From Bugula neritina (Eukaryota; Animalia; Bryozoa), in assembly GCA_964035545.1 (NCBI GenBank), contig OZ037768.1, forward strand, positions 24,399,319 to 24,463,318: a stretch of 64,000 nucleotides of DNA, written 5' to 3'. Shown here piece by piece: positions 48,458-63,525 of this stretch. The first letter of the stretch is position 1. Each line of letters starts with the position of its first letter. The notes beneath the pieces were generated by a model. It was not told where the DNA came from, made no database searches, and worked only from the letters and a program-made list of their open reading frames with translations. The position numbers were made by a program, and so were the translations under genes.

Positions 48458-51400
48458 CTACAGAAGGAGTAATCTAAAGAACTGAGATGAGGTATTCAGA
48501 GTGTGAACAGACGATATTGAAGCTATTTGCAACATTTTAGAGCGTGAAACTGTTGTTGGTTTATTCATGATGTTTGACGAGTGTACCTGAAAGTGGCTGG
48601 AAGCAGCCTGATCTGGTCTAGCGATTCCATTTCTTGTAGGATGGTGGCTGACTGGGTAGTAGTCAATCTGAGGTCTAGCTGTCCTCTGGGAGTATGCTGT
48701 CGAGGCAGCATTTGATGGATCCATTCTATGTAAAAGACAGCATCTGACATTTGGAGAAATTATGCAAGCTAGCAGCTGGCACGTTGTGTGAATGCAAAGA
48801 TGTTTATTAGAGTGTTAAGATGTACTGCAGGGTTGAAGTATCGGAATTATATGTTGCTTTATATAGCACACAGATGATAGGAATATACTGTGGGTCTAAT
48901 AATATACTTTAGTTGGTGGAATATTCTCAATTTATACAGCGACTCTACACGATGGCCATTATGCAAACTGAGAAAAATATCCACAGATTTTATTATAATA
49001 AAAAGTGTAGCACCACATTCAGGTACTCATTACTAGTAGCTGATGAATATTTTAATACAAAGAGTGTTTAAGAGTCAGCCATTGTTTTCTGTTAGTAACA
49101 GATTTTACTGCTAACTGCTATTTTCTGTGCTTGCTGAGTCACTATCACAAATCTCACTCACTGAGTCACTAACACATATATCTCACTCACGAATACATTT
49201 TTCAGACATGGTTACACTTTTACACAACTGTGTAATTTAATCAATTAGACAAAGCTGCACAAAATAAAAGCAAAAATACAAATCCCTGTACGACAAGAGT
49301 AAGAGTATTCAGAAGAGTAAGACTATTCAAGAAAACTTGTTTCTGCAGACTTGAAGTCACCTTTTTCTGAACTCCATTTCTCCGTAAAAGTTACCATAAA
49401 ACTCTCTTGGACTGAAATAGAAAGTATAATAGGGTAAAGTAAAGCAGCGTAGAGATCAAGAGGGCTCTGAAAGTTTATAGGCAGCATATATATAGACAGC
49501 AGCACTTATATATTAGCGCCATATATTAATAATATAAATTAACTTAGTATTAGAATTGTGTGATTCAGTGGGCCTGGGTAGACAGCATATGTATAGACAG
49601 TACATATTTAGATACATAGTAAACATAAATATACACAGTAGCATACATTAATATATCATTAGTTCATAATATAATGATCAATCATTACCATTGAGATATT
49701 CAGTGGGTTTGATAAAATTAAATGCTTTCAATGTGAAAGAACTGTTTAGCTCATTGAACCCACTGAACTCATGTAAGCACTATAACTACATGCTGGGATT
49801 CTGTATGTTACATGTTTGTATAATAAACTCAAACCATGGGACCAGCTGCACAGTGGCTGCAAGATGAGCCGTTTGCAGACCATTTCACAGTTAGTAAAAA
49901 GTTATAATAACATGGTATGCAATGTAAGACTGTTATTATTTAAAACTTCATGCAATTTAAATATAAGACATAGTCTAGAATCTTAGCTCTATAGACTGTA
50001 AATTGGTATTGTTTATGAGAGATAATCCCTTAAACCATATACAAGTATAATAATGTGTCATTTTTTTAAACTCTTGATGAATTATATTGACTGAGTCAAC
50101 AAACTCTGATTCTTTTTTTAAATAAAACGTATTTTAGTTTTTTCAGAAAAAAATATGAATAGAAACAATCTAGCAAAATTATGATACTGTATATTATAAT
50201 ATTTAGCAATAGCAATGTTATATTTATGTATATAATGAAAATAATACTTTTCATACAATTAGACAATTATATGTTATACCAAACTATGTTGTATTTTATC
50301 AATCATACAATCATACTACATTAAATAATGCATTATGTGCTTACAGTTTGGATATATGAATACCACTTATAAACAAGTTTGAAGCTTTCTCCAATAAAAT
50401 GTAAATCTAACTTAACTAATTATGACAAGCAACTTGTACACAACAAAGGGTTGCAGTGCATGTTTCTAAGATGAGAACTACGGAATATAAATAAATCAAC
50501 ACATAGTTTTCACACTCTTTTAACTCTATAAGAATGTTGGACTAAATAGAAATAACTATTGAATATAATCTTACCAAGCCCCAGCCATTCTCTTCAGTTA
50601 AGAGCTAGCAGCAGTTCTGTTCAGAGAGGAGAGAGAGAATAATCTAGAGTGTCAACTTCCTAGCTAAAATCTGAAGCACTTAGCATAGTTCAATAGCTAT
50701 AATAGGTTGTAAGGCATTGTCAAAGCCCGAAATTTGATAAAAGTGGTTTAAGAACGTGGGCAATGCAGCTAGCTATTATGTTACAGATTTATTATAAGTG
50801 CTCAGTGAGTGCATATAAATGCTAGCAACGATCTGGAATAATCAATAATAGACTAATCAAAGCACTAATTATCTTAGGTGCATCATATATATTTTACTTC
50901 AAGTGTGAAAAGGACCATTCAATCATTACATAATCCAATAATACAATATTAATATTCAGTTGAACTCAAACAATGCCAGTTATCCATTAGCTGATGGGTT
51001 CTGTTTTGATTTATTGAAGTGGATAACCTATCAACCAAAGGTCGGTGTGGCAGCTATTGAACTGGGAGAGGAATTCAGTCACTAACCCTTCAGTTAATGG
51101 CACAACCTCAGCTGCTGTGTCATTGTGTTCAATTTATTATTCATTGCTTTGTGCTTTTCTGTCAACTTTTAAAATAAAAAAGCGGAAGCTTTAACGCATA
51201 TAAAACATTTATTTGTAAAATTTTATTATATAATCCGTTATCTAGAAAGTAATAGAAATTTTGTATAACAAAAAGTAAATAAAAATAATAAGACATGAGA
51301 ATTGAAGACCATTTATATGAAAAGTCACATAAAAATGATACAGAAAATAGGATTTCTTATTGAATTGTTATTATTATTGCAGAAACACCAAACACAGTAT

Positions 51401-54400
51401 GTCTGACTGTGAACAAACACTCACACTCACAGATAAGTCAATAATTCACTCCATTCCATCACTTGAGTCACAGAAAAGTTTATCAGTCACACTTACAGTC
51501 ACACACAAAGTTGTGAGTTACACTTACAGTCACAGCATTTAGTTATGAGTTACACTTACAGTCACATGCAGAGTTATAACTCACACTTACAGTCAAAGCA
51601 GCGTTAAAGAGTAAGTAACAAACAACTGGGTAGCCAATGGCCAACCAGATGCAAAAGCATAAAATAATAGAAATACTCAAAGTGATTTCCTTTGAACTGT
51701 GAGCTGAGTCTAACTCAAATTATTAAAAGGCAGCAGTCATATAGAGGCAGCGAGCCAAAACTCGAGCTGCTAAGACTGATATCATGCAACAGTGTTACCA
51801 AATCACTATAAACACTGTATGTATATTGCTTGTATATGTTGCTACTGTATCGGTACACTGTTAGTTTACACATCAACGCTCAGCTGCACTTCCAGCAGCA
51901 TGTTAAATTTATATTAAAATATCAAACAAAAGACATGCACGTCATCTCACTTCACCTATATAGCTTTTTGAACAAGTCTTTTCCTCTGAAATCAGTAATG
52001 TATCTTATTTACATCACTAGATATTATATATATGTTATATATTTGAATATCAGCTGCAACGACTGTAACTACAAAGAGCATCGATTTTCGCTATTTTACG
52101 AGTGTCTATTTGCTCTCAAAAACTCTTATTATGAAGTGAAGACAACTCTGTATCAAACATGTCAAGTAAACCCCCCTACCCCCCCCCCCGCCACCCTGTT
52201 CCAAACAACTTTTCTAGTAAAACAAAAACTTTTCTATGAACAGTTTGAAACTCATGCATTTGACTGGCTGATAGAAGACAACTCTAAACAGCAATGACTC
52301 ACCTCTCCAGACCCCGGTATGTTCCGTGCAGGATTTTCCTCTCGAAGTTGATTGGATGCTCATATCTGCCCGGCCTGTTCCGTCTCATGGTGTCCAGAAG
52401 TCGTGACTTGCCCCCGTAGAGGTGCTGCAGCATGTTATATGTCACTTCTGCCTCTGTTAGGTAAACAAATATACCTTTGAGGAAGGGTGGGAATGCACCC
52501 CTCCCTACCTTAGCAAATATGTACTAAGGCTATGCAATTGTTACTTTATGAGGAAGAGAATAGATAAAAATGGGACATTTTCTATTGAGTAAAACATGTT
52601 ATATTGATTTTCTCCCCTCAGCTAGAAAGTTGGCTCATCTCCAAATCTGCTGAGAAGTTAAAATCTTAGTAAACACTCTGAAAACCTAAAAATAATTTTT
52701 GCATAATATTTTCTAGACTCAACTTGTAACTCTTTAGAACTAATAAATTACATTTTTATTCAACAGATTTCTTCAATAAAGAGCAGAGAAGGAGGGTGGG
52801 GAGTTGTGTGTACACCCCTAGTTGAGTACTAATTATTATTTTAAACAATGTAATGTTTACACAAGATGTTTGTAAACACTGTATAGAAAAGACACTACTG
52901 TATATGATGTATCATGTTATGCTGATACAGAAATAAATGCTCGCCTATTGTTATAAGGATTGTGTGTTGATTGTGTTGTAAGAAAATGAATCGCAACGAA
53001 ATGAAAATGCTGGAAAATATTGTAAATTTATTGGCAGTCTTTTTTATTATATGTTAGTTTATTAAATAATAGTTATAGGCCTATTTGTTGTATTATGTTA
53101 GCACTTTTTACATCTTTATTATGTAACAGTTCACGTGAATAAATATTATAGTTATATTATTGGGTAAGAAGTAGGATGGCTTTTTAAATAGACTTATGAT
53201 CAAATTATGAGGAGAAACTCACGTTTACATTTTATGTAGTTAAACACAATAAACCTTGTTGTGATGAGAATGTATCATATATAGTAGATTATAATGTCAT
53301 ATTACTGTATATAGCATTACCCACTGGCTAATAGAACTTATGATTGTAGCATTATTTGATTGCCGTCATAAAACATTACTAGATGAGTAAAATATTTCCA
53401 ACCATTAGCACCTGGTCTGTTACCATCAGCAAGTACTTAAATAACTCAAGTTATAACTTAGTTACTTGAGTAACTCAGTTACATACTTGAGTAAAAGTTG
53501 CCAGTTGTGTATTATGAGTCACATCTATTTATACATTCAACATTCATGTTGCAAAATCAAATTGACACGATACTAACTGCATGGGTTTAAATGTATTTGA
53601 AATATATCATATGTAAACTTCAACTATGCTGATATTTAGCAATTAGTGTATACCACTACAAGTGTATACCACTACAAGTGTATACCACTACAAGTGTATA
53701 CCACTACAAGTGTATACCACTACAAATGTATACCACTACAAGTGTATACCACTACAAGTGTATATCATAGGAAATGTGTTTTTGTTGGTTTGGTTTTGGT
53801 TTATCAGAAGTTAATTTGTTAAGGTGTTTCAACCACCTACAATGAGGTAGAGAAATTTGTAGAGAACAGTTAGGAAATCTTTGGAGTAATCTGCTCAATA
53901 AGAGACCATTTTTACACACATTTTCAATTATGACTCAAACTCAAACTATAATATACTTTTCACACATTTGCATGAACGTGCAGAAGTTTAGGCATGTATT
54001 GTTGTATATATACTATGTATTATTGTGTACATTATGTATTACTGTATACTATTTATATTACTGTATATTATGTATTACTGTATCCTATTTATATTACTGA
54101 ATATTATGTATTATTGTATATTAGGCATTACTGCATTCATGTGTAAAACACAACGCATTCTACTCACCATAGTTGTTGCACTGGCTTGTATGCCATGATC
54201 GAAAGTGAGGGTGGGGCGAACTGCGCCCGTATTTAGCATTAATGGCTGCAGGCTAAAAATAATTGATATATATGTGTTGAAATATAGAATGGCATGTTTT
54301 GCAATGAGCTTAGCCTGACGTTTTAACTTTAATACAAACATTTATGATAACATCAAAACTCATAATATGTTGATACAAATACTGATACATGTACTGACAC

Positions 54401-57400
54401 ATATACTGACACATTTACTGATACATGTACTGACACATATACTGACACATTTACTGATACATATACTGATACATATACTGATACATATATTGACACATAT
54501 ACTGATACATATACTGTTACATACACTGACACATATACTGATACATATACTGATACATATATTGACACATATACTGATACATATACTGTTACATATACTG
54601 ACACATATACTGATACATATACTGACATATATACTGATACATATACTGACACATATACTGATACATATACTGATACATATACTGATACATATACTGACAC
54701 ATATACTGACACATATACTGACACATATACTGACACATATACTGATACATATACTGATACATATACTGACACATATACTGACACATATACTGATACATAT
54801 ACTGACACATATACTGACACATATACTGATACATGTCCGACACCAGCAAAAATAAATTGCATTTCTAAAAGAAAATATATGTAGCTTTTAGATATTGTAA
54901 CTAATTTACATCATTAAATTTTATTTAGTTCTAAGTGAAACCTTTTAGAGAAATGAATATGATATTTAAATAATGATGACAAAGAGCCAATTATTTCCAA
55001 TAGGTATATTAATCTGGAATCTTAATATGGCAGCGATGACTCAACATTATGATGCTGCCGCCTGTTATATGCTGCCAAATACTCACATTAGTATTTTTGA
55101 CGACATAGGATCTGCTGTCAACTGAGGCAGCTCTAGACTGAGCCCTGCCTTCTTGTAGCTGAGGGGTGGGCTGCCTTAATGTGTTAGCACACGTTTCCCC
55201 TTTATGTTGGTAGTTGGGGAGAGGTTCTGGGCTAGGGTAGGGTCTATGCAGTCTGGTCTGTAAGCCAGGAGGCTCCAAGTCCCCAGTGTTCCATGCCAGC
55301 CAGTGTGTTTCTTCTCTTCTGGGTGCAGGAGGGGGTGCGTCAGTCACGCCCCATACTGTTTCCTGACACTTGGCTGGCCGACTGAACTGTCTAGAGCGGG
55401 GCGGGGCAGAACCCGCCCGCAGGTCCTGTAGACTCACCGAGTCATCTACCAAATCATTGTTGGTTGTTAGAGATATCAAAACTATCTGTAAATCTCACTT
55501 CTAACTGTCTGATACATGCATAGAATTGTGGCAATCTTACAAAACGCTTCAGTTATTATGACACTACGTCATTCCATCAGCCTAACACACCGAAAATAGG
55601 TGCCCAGTTCCACTAGAATATGGTGTAAGAATGATCATCACCTTGAGATAATTTGCTAAAATTTTCTTTGTTTTAAGATATAACTTAATATAAATATTCA
55701 AATAGATTTTTCAGCACCGCCTTTACCTACTGCTATAACCAAAAGCTGTGACATATAATAAAAAAGGTTCAAGTTTGCTAGAAATAAGTTGAAATACAGT
55801 AACATGAGTTTTATATTAATATTATAATTTAGTATAACATTATAAAACATTTAGCTTAGAAACAATAAATAATCAGTTTTTTATAAATACTTACTCAAAA
55901 AATATCTGTCTAAATACATAACTTATGTCAGCTGTAGTGACTTGCTGGTGCTAATTATACTCACACATGTATGCAAATAAAGAGAAATGTAGGCTTTTAT
56001 ATAAAACAAATCCTGCCAAGTTTGTATCAACACTTTGAATGTTTGTTTTTAAAACATAGAAGGCACTTTGAAAACGCACTTGAGCTAATTTACGTTGAAT
56101 ACTCTCATTTGAACATGATATCGATATTTCTTATTCAATACTCTGTTGTTATTTGTCTATGGAAATTGAAGAATTCACCAGCATTGACATTCTAAGCAGG
56201 GTGTTGAATTTCTTTATTTTCATTATGTTTTAACACGCTTCAGTCAAACATTGCAAACACTGGGCAGGCAGTCTGCTGCCTATCAGTTTGTGCAGAATTA
56301 ACACTTTTCACCTGGAATCCGTTACCTTAGCATCACAATATTTGCAAATTGCACTGAGCAATCACTTGCTGACACTTGCTTGTCACTAGCACATGCATGC
56401 TACCAAATGTCAACCTCATCTCATTACATGCTAGTTTGTCATGCAGGCCAAGCAAGTGCCAATGCTTCATTACTGAAGTTGGTCACGCTTACTTGTTATA
56501 GTACCTGCAGCCACATGTCATCTTCTGACACAACACAGTCATTAACGTAAAGGAAAACCAAGTGCTTCAGACACCTGCAAGCACCTGCCAAACACTGAAT
56601 GTTGTCACTCACCGGGTTTTCTTGGTTTTAGAGTATCTGCTGAGTATTTTTTTAATATAGGAGTGTGATTTGACTTAGCTCTAACTACAGAGTGTGAGCT
56701 GTTAGTTCTGAGTATGACCATGCTGACTTTAGAGTGTGCTGCTACTAGCTTTAAGTCAGCAGTCTACATACACACTGATCATGCTGCTGTTGCTATGAAG
56801 CTATTATACAGCTACTTAGGTTATTTGAATATTTATTCTCTACATTTAAAAGGACATGCAAGATAACAAAGGGCAATGTTATTATTACATTATGTTACAA
56901 GTGTTGTATGTGTGTGCTAGGTGCCTATAGTTTACAGACATACTTAAAAATACATTGCTGTGCAAATATTAAAGTATTGGCCAATATTGATCAGCTTCAA
57001 ATTACAAACTGAAGGAAAGACAATTACTACTTTAGTCAAATATTTAATCACTTGGTTGCTGCTTACCTACTGTAAGACTGCTGTCTGCTTTATTTCTCTC
57101 TCCGTTATTCATCTGTAAAGCAACTTAAACTGTTGGTGTAAAATATTTTATGTTTTTGTTGATTATTTTATAAATATATAGATTATTTAGCATTCAACTT
57201 TTTCAGCTTTGGATAAATTAGAAATGTTTACGAACAAATGTTAGTTTATTTATTTTGTTAAATAATAAATTTGAAATCATCAAATAATGTCTACAAACAA
57301 TTTATTAAATTTTAGTCAACCCCTGAAACACTTTTGCATTAAATCTATTGATATACTGGACATGTTTTAATACTATTATTACATATAAGTCATATAAAAT

Positions 57401-58803
57401 GATAAGTTTAAGACTTTTATTTTAAAAAAATTATGTTCCATCTAAAATGTAAAATACTAAAATATTTCATCTCTTATCTAAAAGTAATTTAAAAACTACT
57501 CATATACATACTTTATAGTTGTGGTGCTGCTTATAAAAGAAAGTGGGAAGAGCGGAATCACATGTCCCGTCTTTAAGCAGTCCATCGAGATAGATTTTAG
57601 GCTTAAATGTAAACAACCAAAATATTATTTCATAAATTATAATTATGTTGCTGAGTTTAACAAAAATTATTAAATTGCGAGAATTTACAAAATAGATTTA
57701 TTCTAATGCTGGTTTGCAGGAAGGAAACCTTATAGGTGACAATGCTTATAGTGACTTCATATATTTCTAGACCTTTAAATCTTTAATAGTACAGGTTTCA
57801 AAGAGAAGCAATGTTGCCATGGAAACCAGAAGTCATGCTTTTCCTAGCAGTAAGTTGATTGGAGACAATGCACATGGACACAAGGGACGTAGTATTGCAG
57901 AGTTAAAAGTGTTATACTGTTATATTGTATTATGTTATTGTATTACTATCTATATATGATGACTCATTAAGTATAAAAAGGATATACGATATTACAGCTG
58001 AGTTAGATATGTGTAATATACGTATCATATCTTATGATGTGAAATATATGTATGATATATGATATGTGTAATATAAGTATGGGATGACTCATACATACAA
58101 GGGGCTGTTTGCGGTGTGGTTTGGCAATTGCCTTGGAGAATGAGTCAGTGTAGTTACTGACAGGAAATGAGAAGGGTGGCTCGTCATTCACAAACTGCTC
58201 GTCTTTGATAGAGTGTGGGAAGGGTTTCCCTGTGAGCGGACTGGAAATATAGACTGAGAGAGTGACATGTGTTGCCAACACCCAAAGTGTATATATTGCC
58301 ACCACGCAATGATCCAAAGTTATGAAGGAATTCTATTACAATTCTTAGTTGCAGTTTGAAATTGACTCATTCATTATATTGTTAAAGGTGGTGGGCATCC
58401 AGGCTGTCTATTACTTTGAGGATATCAAAAACACATAGTTGAACTAATCCATCGGCTTTTTATAAAATTAACTATACAAGAACACTAAGAAATGCAGGTG
58501 AATGTTATGGCTTTAGCAGCTTTAGACATGCCTGGACTTGCCCGCTAGTTCAGCGTTCTGACTTGGCCTTATTGTTGTAGCGCATACATTAGAATAAAAT
58601 AGACTCGTCAGGATTGGCTTTTCAAGACTTGTCAATCATATTGTGATTCATTTCATATTTCAACTTTGACCTTAGTGTGAATAGCTGAATTCTCACCACA
58701 AAGTGCGGGTGCTTTGTCTGTACCAGCCGCTACACCACAGTTTACTTGCCTCACTCAACTTAAAACAGTTTTGCGCAGCTGGCAAGCTTGAGTACCTCAT
58801 CAT
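48458..58803 (-). CDS. Uncharacterised multi-exon Pro/Arg/Ser-rich protein
   Basis: Phase-compatible exons 58697-58803 (MMRYSS...), 58099-58240, 55087-55485, 54168-54245; then 52303-~52453 and 48458-48725 (or an alternative short terminal exon 50598-50616). The 54168-to-52453 junction is out of phase, so an exon may be missing. No domain recognised. Confidence 0.5.
53647..53763. repeat. 16-bp repeat AGTGTATACCACTACA, ~7 copies
   Basis: Seen directly. Confidence 0.9.
54375..54835. repeat. 12-bp minisatellite ACTGAYACATAT, ~38 copies
   Basis: Explains the VSVY, ILIH and YQYM ORFs. Confidence 0.95.
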
Positions 58804-59351
58804 TTGTTTATCAAAAGTATCCCCAGCCCGTTGGGTGTTTGAGAAATTTAAATAAACTCTAAAAAATGTGTCCAGGAATTGCAAACATTCACCTTCAACA
58901 TTAATCAACTTTAGCAAACAGCCTTTTACTAGTTTTTTAATGCTTGATTTATTTAGTAGAATTTATTTGCATACCAACTGTTAGCAAAACAAGAATCAAT
59001 AGAAAATCAGAGAGAAGTGAAACTCAAGTTACATTTTGCTTCAACTTCAAATGCAATGAGGAGATAACTCTATATAGATGACAACTGAAATAAAATGGTA
59101 CAAAAATATAACTTTAAAATGTTGAGAATAATAATGCATATTTATAAACAGTTGCGAGCTTTCTGATGGAGCAGCAAAATTGGCTCCTAATAGCATTGAA
59201 TTTAAAACAAATAATAAACACAAACTTACAAAAATAAATTTTTAACAAAAATTAACTAATATATCAAACTATAATATATTTATATAGCAGCAATATACAT
59301 GAATATTGTTACACAGGCGCCGTGCAGTGTTGCTATGCAGACGACATCCTT

Positions 59352-61807
59352 CTACACTCGACGTCTGCGTTTTCTGGCAGAGGGGTTGGTGCCTTTAGAG
59401 GGGTTGTACCAGGGTAGACTGAACTCTGAGGGGGGCAGGTAGTCGACAGCGTGACCAAACACACTCACTGGAAGCGTGTCACACACCTCTATGTACTCCA
59501 CTACGAATATATACAGTACGTCACAGTATCACAATGTCACAGTATTACAATGTGTCACACTGTCACAGTATCACAATGTCACAGTATTACAATGTGTCAC
59601 ACTGTCACAGTATCACAATGTCACAGTATTACAATGTGTCACACTGTCACAGTATCACAATGTCACAGTATTACAATGTCACAGTATCACAATGTCACAG
59701 TATTACAATGTCACAGTATTACAATGTCATAATGTGTCACACTGTCACAGTATCACAATGTCACAATGTCACATGCCTACAACTTACTGGTCTCAGCTCG
59801 TGGAAATATCATCTCGACCTTCACCTCTCGTGCAGAAGAGGCTGACTTGGGGTGCTGATTCTGTTTGAGTTTCTCAATCACCTGCCTTTCTCTCTGTCTC
59901 TGCAGGTCCCACCTCTTTCTCTTCTTCTCATCACTCTCGTGTCTCTGATGTCTCTTGAGAAACGTTAAGTCCTCCGTATCTTCTGTCCCTTCCAGACTGT
60001 AGCAGTTACTGTACGTCTGCACTCTGAATGAAGGCACTGAAAGGAAGGACAACTCTACATTATTCTGACAACCTGCATAACTATGGGAGTTGTGTTCACT
60101 TGAAGATTGGGATAGCAGTTTTGTTTTCCACGACAATTAGATAAGTGCAGGGTTATTTCCCCCTGTACAATAGACAGAGATATTTATAGACCAAGTGATT
60201 ACCTTCAATAGACTGAGCATTTCTACAGTTAGGTATTGTCTCCTCGTGCAGCTCCTCAAACTCATGAACTTGACACGTATAGTAATCTTTCTCAACCTCT
60301 AACAAACGATTCTGCAACGAGGAGGACTTCCTGTGCAGACGTCTGCAAGATGAATTCTCTTCTATTGCAGATTTCGTGTCCAATTTCGACTTATTTTGAT
60401 TCGCAGGCTTTTCGATGGAGTGAGTGTTATGTTTGTCTTCCACAAAACCCTGGGAAGATTCATCAGGAATCACTTCTCTATTAAACCTTTTCCTTGTACT
60501 ATTCAGCTGCTTGAGTGGGGATTCTCCGGTAGTTACGGCATTACTGGATTTGCTGTTAGTAGACCTGTAATGTAATGTAAATGAATGACTAAAGCCACAT
60601 TTTAGGGAACTTATAAATTCCAAAGTAATATTTCCTATAAATAAAGATAACTACCTCGGTGTAGTTGCAGTTGATTTGGTCACTAAACGGCGATCCATTC
60701 GCTCTAACCTGGTTTTCAGCTAAAACACAAATCAAAAATCAGAAAAATATTTTATTGCAGCCAAGTTGTGAATAAGAAAGTGTGGCTTATTTTTAAACAG
60801 TTTCAACAGTTTGAATAAACAATTTCTTCAAAAAACAACATTATAAATGTTTACAAACTAAACTTTGATAGTTTACTTAGTCAAATATAAGATTATACTC
60901 TTACTGCTAAATTTTCAGCTCGTAACTCAGCTATTAGCTTGTCTTTATCATCAATAATACTTTGTTGTTCTTGAGCAAGATTTAAATGACAAAGAGTCCA
61001 TTCTTTCAAGTTCTTTAACTGCAATTCTGGTTTCACATTGATGGATGTTTTGTCACTTGAAATGATGCCCTTTATTTGACAATTCTTACAATCAGATGAT
61101 GACTGGAGTGTAGAAGCTGTTGAGTTTGTGAAATCTTCGGTTTGTTGAGATTCTAGAGTATTTCTAGCACCAGATGAGCCAGGAGTAGATAGTGGACCAA
61201 CTCTAGTGACATTTTTAACTCCATCAACAGGACTGCCACAATTCTGATGTTCTCTCGTCCTTTCATTTAGCAAACACACAGGAGTCAATGATAAATGAAG
61301 AGAATCGGCAGTTGTTTGATTGTTTGAAGAAGCTACAATTGCGTTGCGTTGAGGACGAGAACTTATTGGAAATTTATGACTTTTTATTGTAGATTTTGGT
61401 CCAGAAATATTTGAAGCACTTTTGTTTCTCCGCCTTTGGCTTTTGCTCAAGCCAATATTTCGAGATTCGTCTAATGAACTAGTTTTTAACAGACTAACAT
61501 TTCTAGCATTGCCAATACTAACAGTCGGAGTCTTATTCGATTGGAAATTTAGCTTCATTGGCTTCGTAATATCATCACGGTCTTTCGAAATTGAAGTGTT
61601 GGTCCCTAATCGAAAATTAGCATGTTGCGGCAAACTACCAGACTTATTACTACTAGTACTAGTAGTAGTGCTAGTAGTACCTGTAATACTAATAGTAATG
61701 GCTTGAACTTCAACTTGAAGATTCGGTCTCGTAGTTGTAGGCGTTCTTAAACCAAGAAGACTAGGTGGGAGAGTTATATCTCTACTAGATCTACTTGAGT
61801 GAATCAT
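59352..61807 (-). CDS. MSL1: Male-specific lethal 1 homolog (MSL complex scaffold; coiled coil + PEHE domain), ~587 aa, 5 exons
   Basis: Exons 60905-61807, 60655-60719, 60203-60564, 59788-60072, 59352-59500 (1764 nt). Coiled coil ...IAELRAENLALKTRLERMDRRL; PEHE VPSFR..EDLTFLKRHQRHESDEKKRKRWDLQRQRE; C-terminal LPVSVFG..LPPSEFSLPW, matching the recalled MSL1 motifs. Confidence 0.9.
59520..59772. repeat. Intronic repeat, 16-bp unit TCACAGTATYACAATG with 41-bp higher-order period
   Basis: Fills the last MSL1 intron 59501-59787. Confidence 0.9.
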
Positions 61808-62757
61808 TGCTTTAATTCTGAATTAACTAAATAATAAGTTTGCTTTTTGCTGTGAACCAAAAATTAAAGTTACTTGATTACAAATACATTTTAACTTTTA
61901 CTTTTAGAATTTTGAATTTTTTGTATGATTTTGGATTGAAATTGAGAATTATATATATAGGACTCGCTAAACGATTAAAGCCTATTTATCGTGCCTTATT
62001 ATGATGCTTTTTAAATAGAGGAAATAACTCTTTCACTTGGTGTGTTGCAGGAAATAATATTATGTGTCAAAAGTAACGCTAAACCGACCCCTGAGATCTA
62101 ACTTTCAGCCCAAGTATTTCCTGATTATTGCGGACGTAAAATGTTTTGTGCTGGCCGAGATAGGCCTCATACTACATGGTGGCTTAGGAGTAGCTGTCGA
62201 TCGATTTACGGCTCGATTGCTATCGAAGGCACGTCGGTCTAATTGCGACCGGCATGTATCAACAAGCTTGCTTTGGCGATTGAATTTTGGGCCTAGCAGT
62301 TAGTTGTGTTGTCTTGTTTTTCCATTTACTTTTGTCTTGCGCTCATAGTCACACTGAGTGACTCATAGTATTAGTTATACTCACAGATTTGCGACTCTGA
62401 CTCGTTTTTATTTTATAGCTTAATGCAGATGTAGCTACAAAATACCAAGTTCAATCACTTTATTGGTTGCTATTTTATTTAGTTTTATGCATATGTAATA
62501 TAAATATGTAAATGATTATGTATAGAAATAGAATTAGTATTACTATAACTATTAGGCCAGTAATTTTAGTAATTGTAAAACTTAAACTGCAAAAGTAAGT
62601 TTAGAATTACTATTACTATTAGTAATACTAATAGTAATAGTATTACTATTATTATTATAGTAGATTATTAATATTATTACTATTACTATTAGTATAAGTA
62701 ATACTATTACTATTAGTACAACAATAAGAGTAGCATTACACATTTACAGTAACACTA

Positions 62758-62796
62758 ACACAGTTACTGTAAGTGTAACACTTACAGTAACTGTGT
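62758..62796. repeat. Perfect 19-bp inverted repeat with 1-nt spacer in the MSL1/PIP4K2 divergent intergenic region
   Basis: ACACAGTTACTGTAAGTGT-A-ACACTTACAGTAACTGTGT. Confidence 0.9.
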
Positions 62797-63405
62797 GCTA
62801 GAGTAACAGTAACACGAACACTAAGTCTAGCTAGTAACTGTAATTCCAATGCTGTTAGTATTAGTATTAAACTTGGTATTAATAATAATATTACTATTAG
62901 TATTACTATTTCAATTTGTAATACTAATATTTATAATAATATTATTAATAATATCAATATTATTACATCGTCATCTCACAGGGATACGACTGCTGACTAG
63001 ACCAAGTCACGGAGTACCATACTCGTAGTCATAGTGATAGTAAACTAGAAGTAGAAGTAGACCTACAGCTACTCGCTGACTAGCGGTAGTATTACTAGTG
63101 GTACTTTAACTCTGGTAGTATCTTTCATCTTGAAACTGTTCTTTGAAATATAATGTTATATATATAATATACTAACATAGTTACACTCAATCTTAGCATT
63201 GTGACTATAAATTAATATTAAAGACCAACGTTATAAACTATCACGTTCGATTCATACTGATACTGACTCTGTGTTTAATTAGTAAATTATTGATGTGATC
63301 CTCGCTGGGCCTGCCGTCTACCCGCTTCTAGAGGTGGAAGTACTCTCACAGTTACTGGTAGATTGACTGCCATTATCTCACCAGATTTTAGCTAGATAAC
63401 ATTTA

Positions 63406-63525
63406 ATGTCTTCCAAATTGACCAAGCACAAGACCAAGAAGGTCAAAGCTGTACAGCAAAAGAAGAAGCTGTTTCGTGCAAATGAACCGGTGCTCAGCGT
63501 TTTTATGTGGGGAGTAAATTACAGT
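63406..63525 (+). CDS. PIP4K2: Phosphatidylinositol 5-phosphate 4-kinase type 2, first coding exon (gene continues beyond the window)
   Basis: MSSKLTKHKTKKVKAVQQKKKLFRANEPVLSVFMWGVNYS|GTAAGT matches the recalled PIP4K2 N-terminal motif [23 protein letters not shown]. Not in the ORF track because it is too short. Confidence 0.9.

Noticed and set aside
54353-54862. VSVY / ILIH repeat proteins
   Set aside because: 12-bp intronic minisatellite translated in several frames.
58003-58317. ORF as the last exon of MSL1
   Set aside because: MSL1 ends at 59352; the phases fit the neighbouring uncharacterised gene instead.
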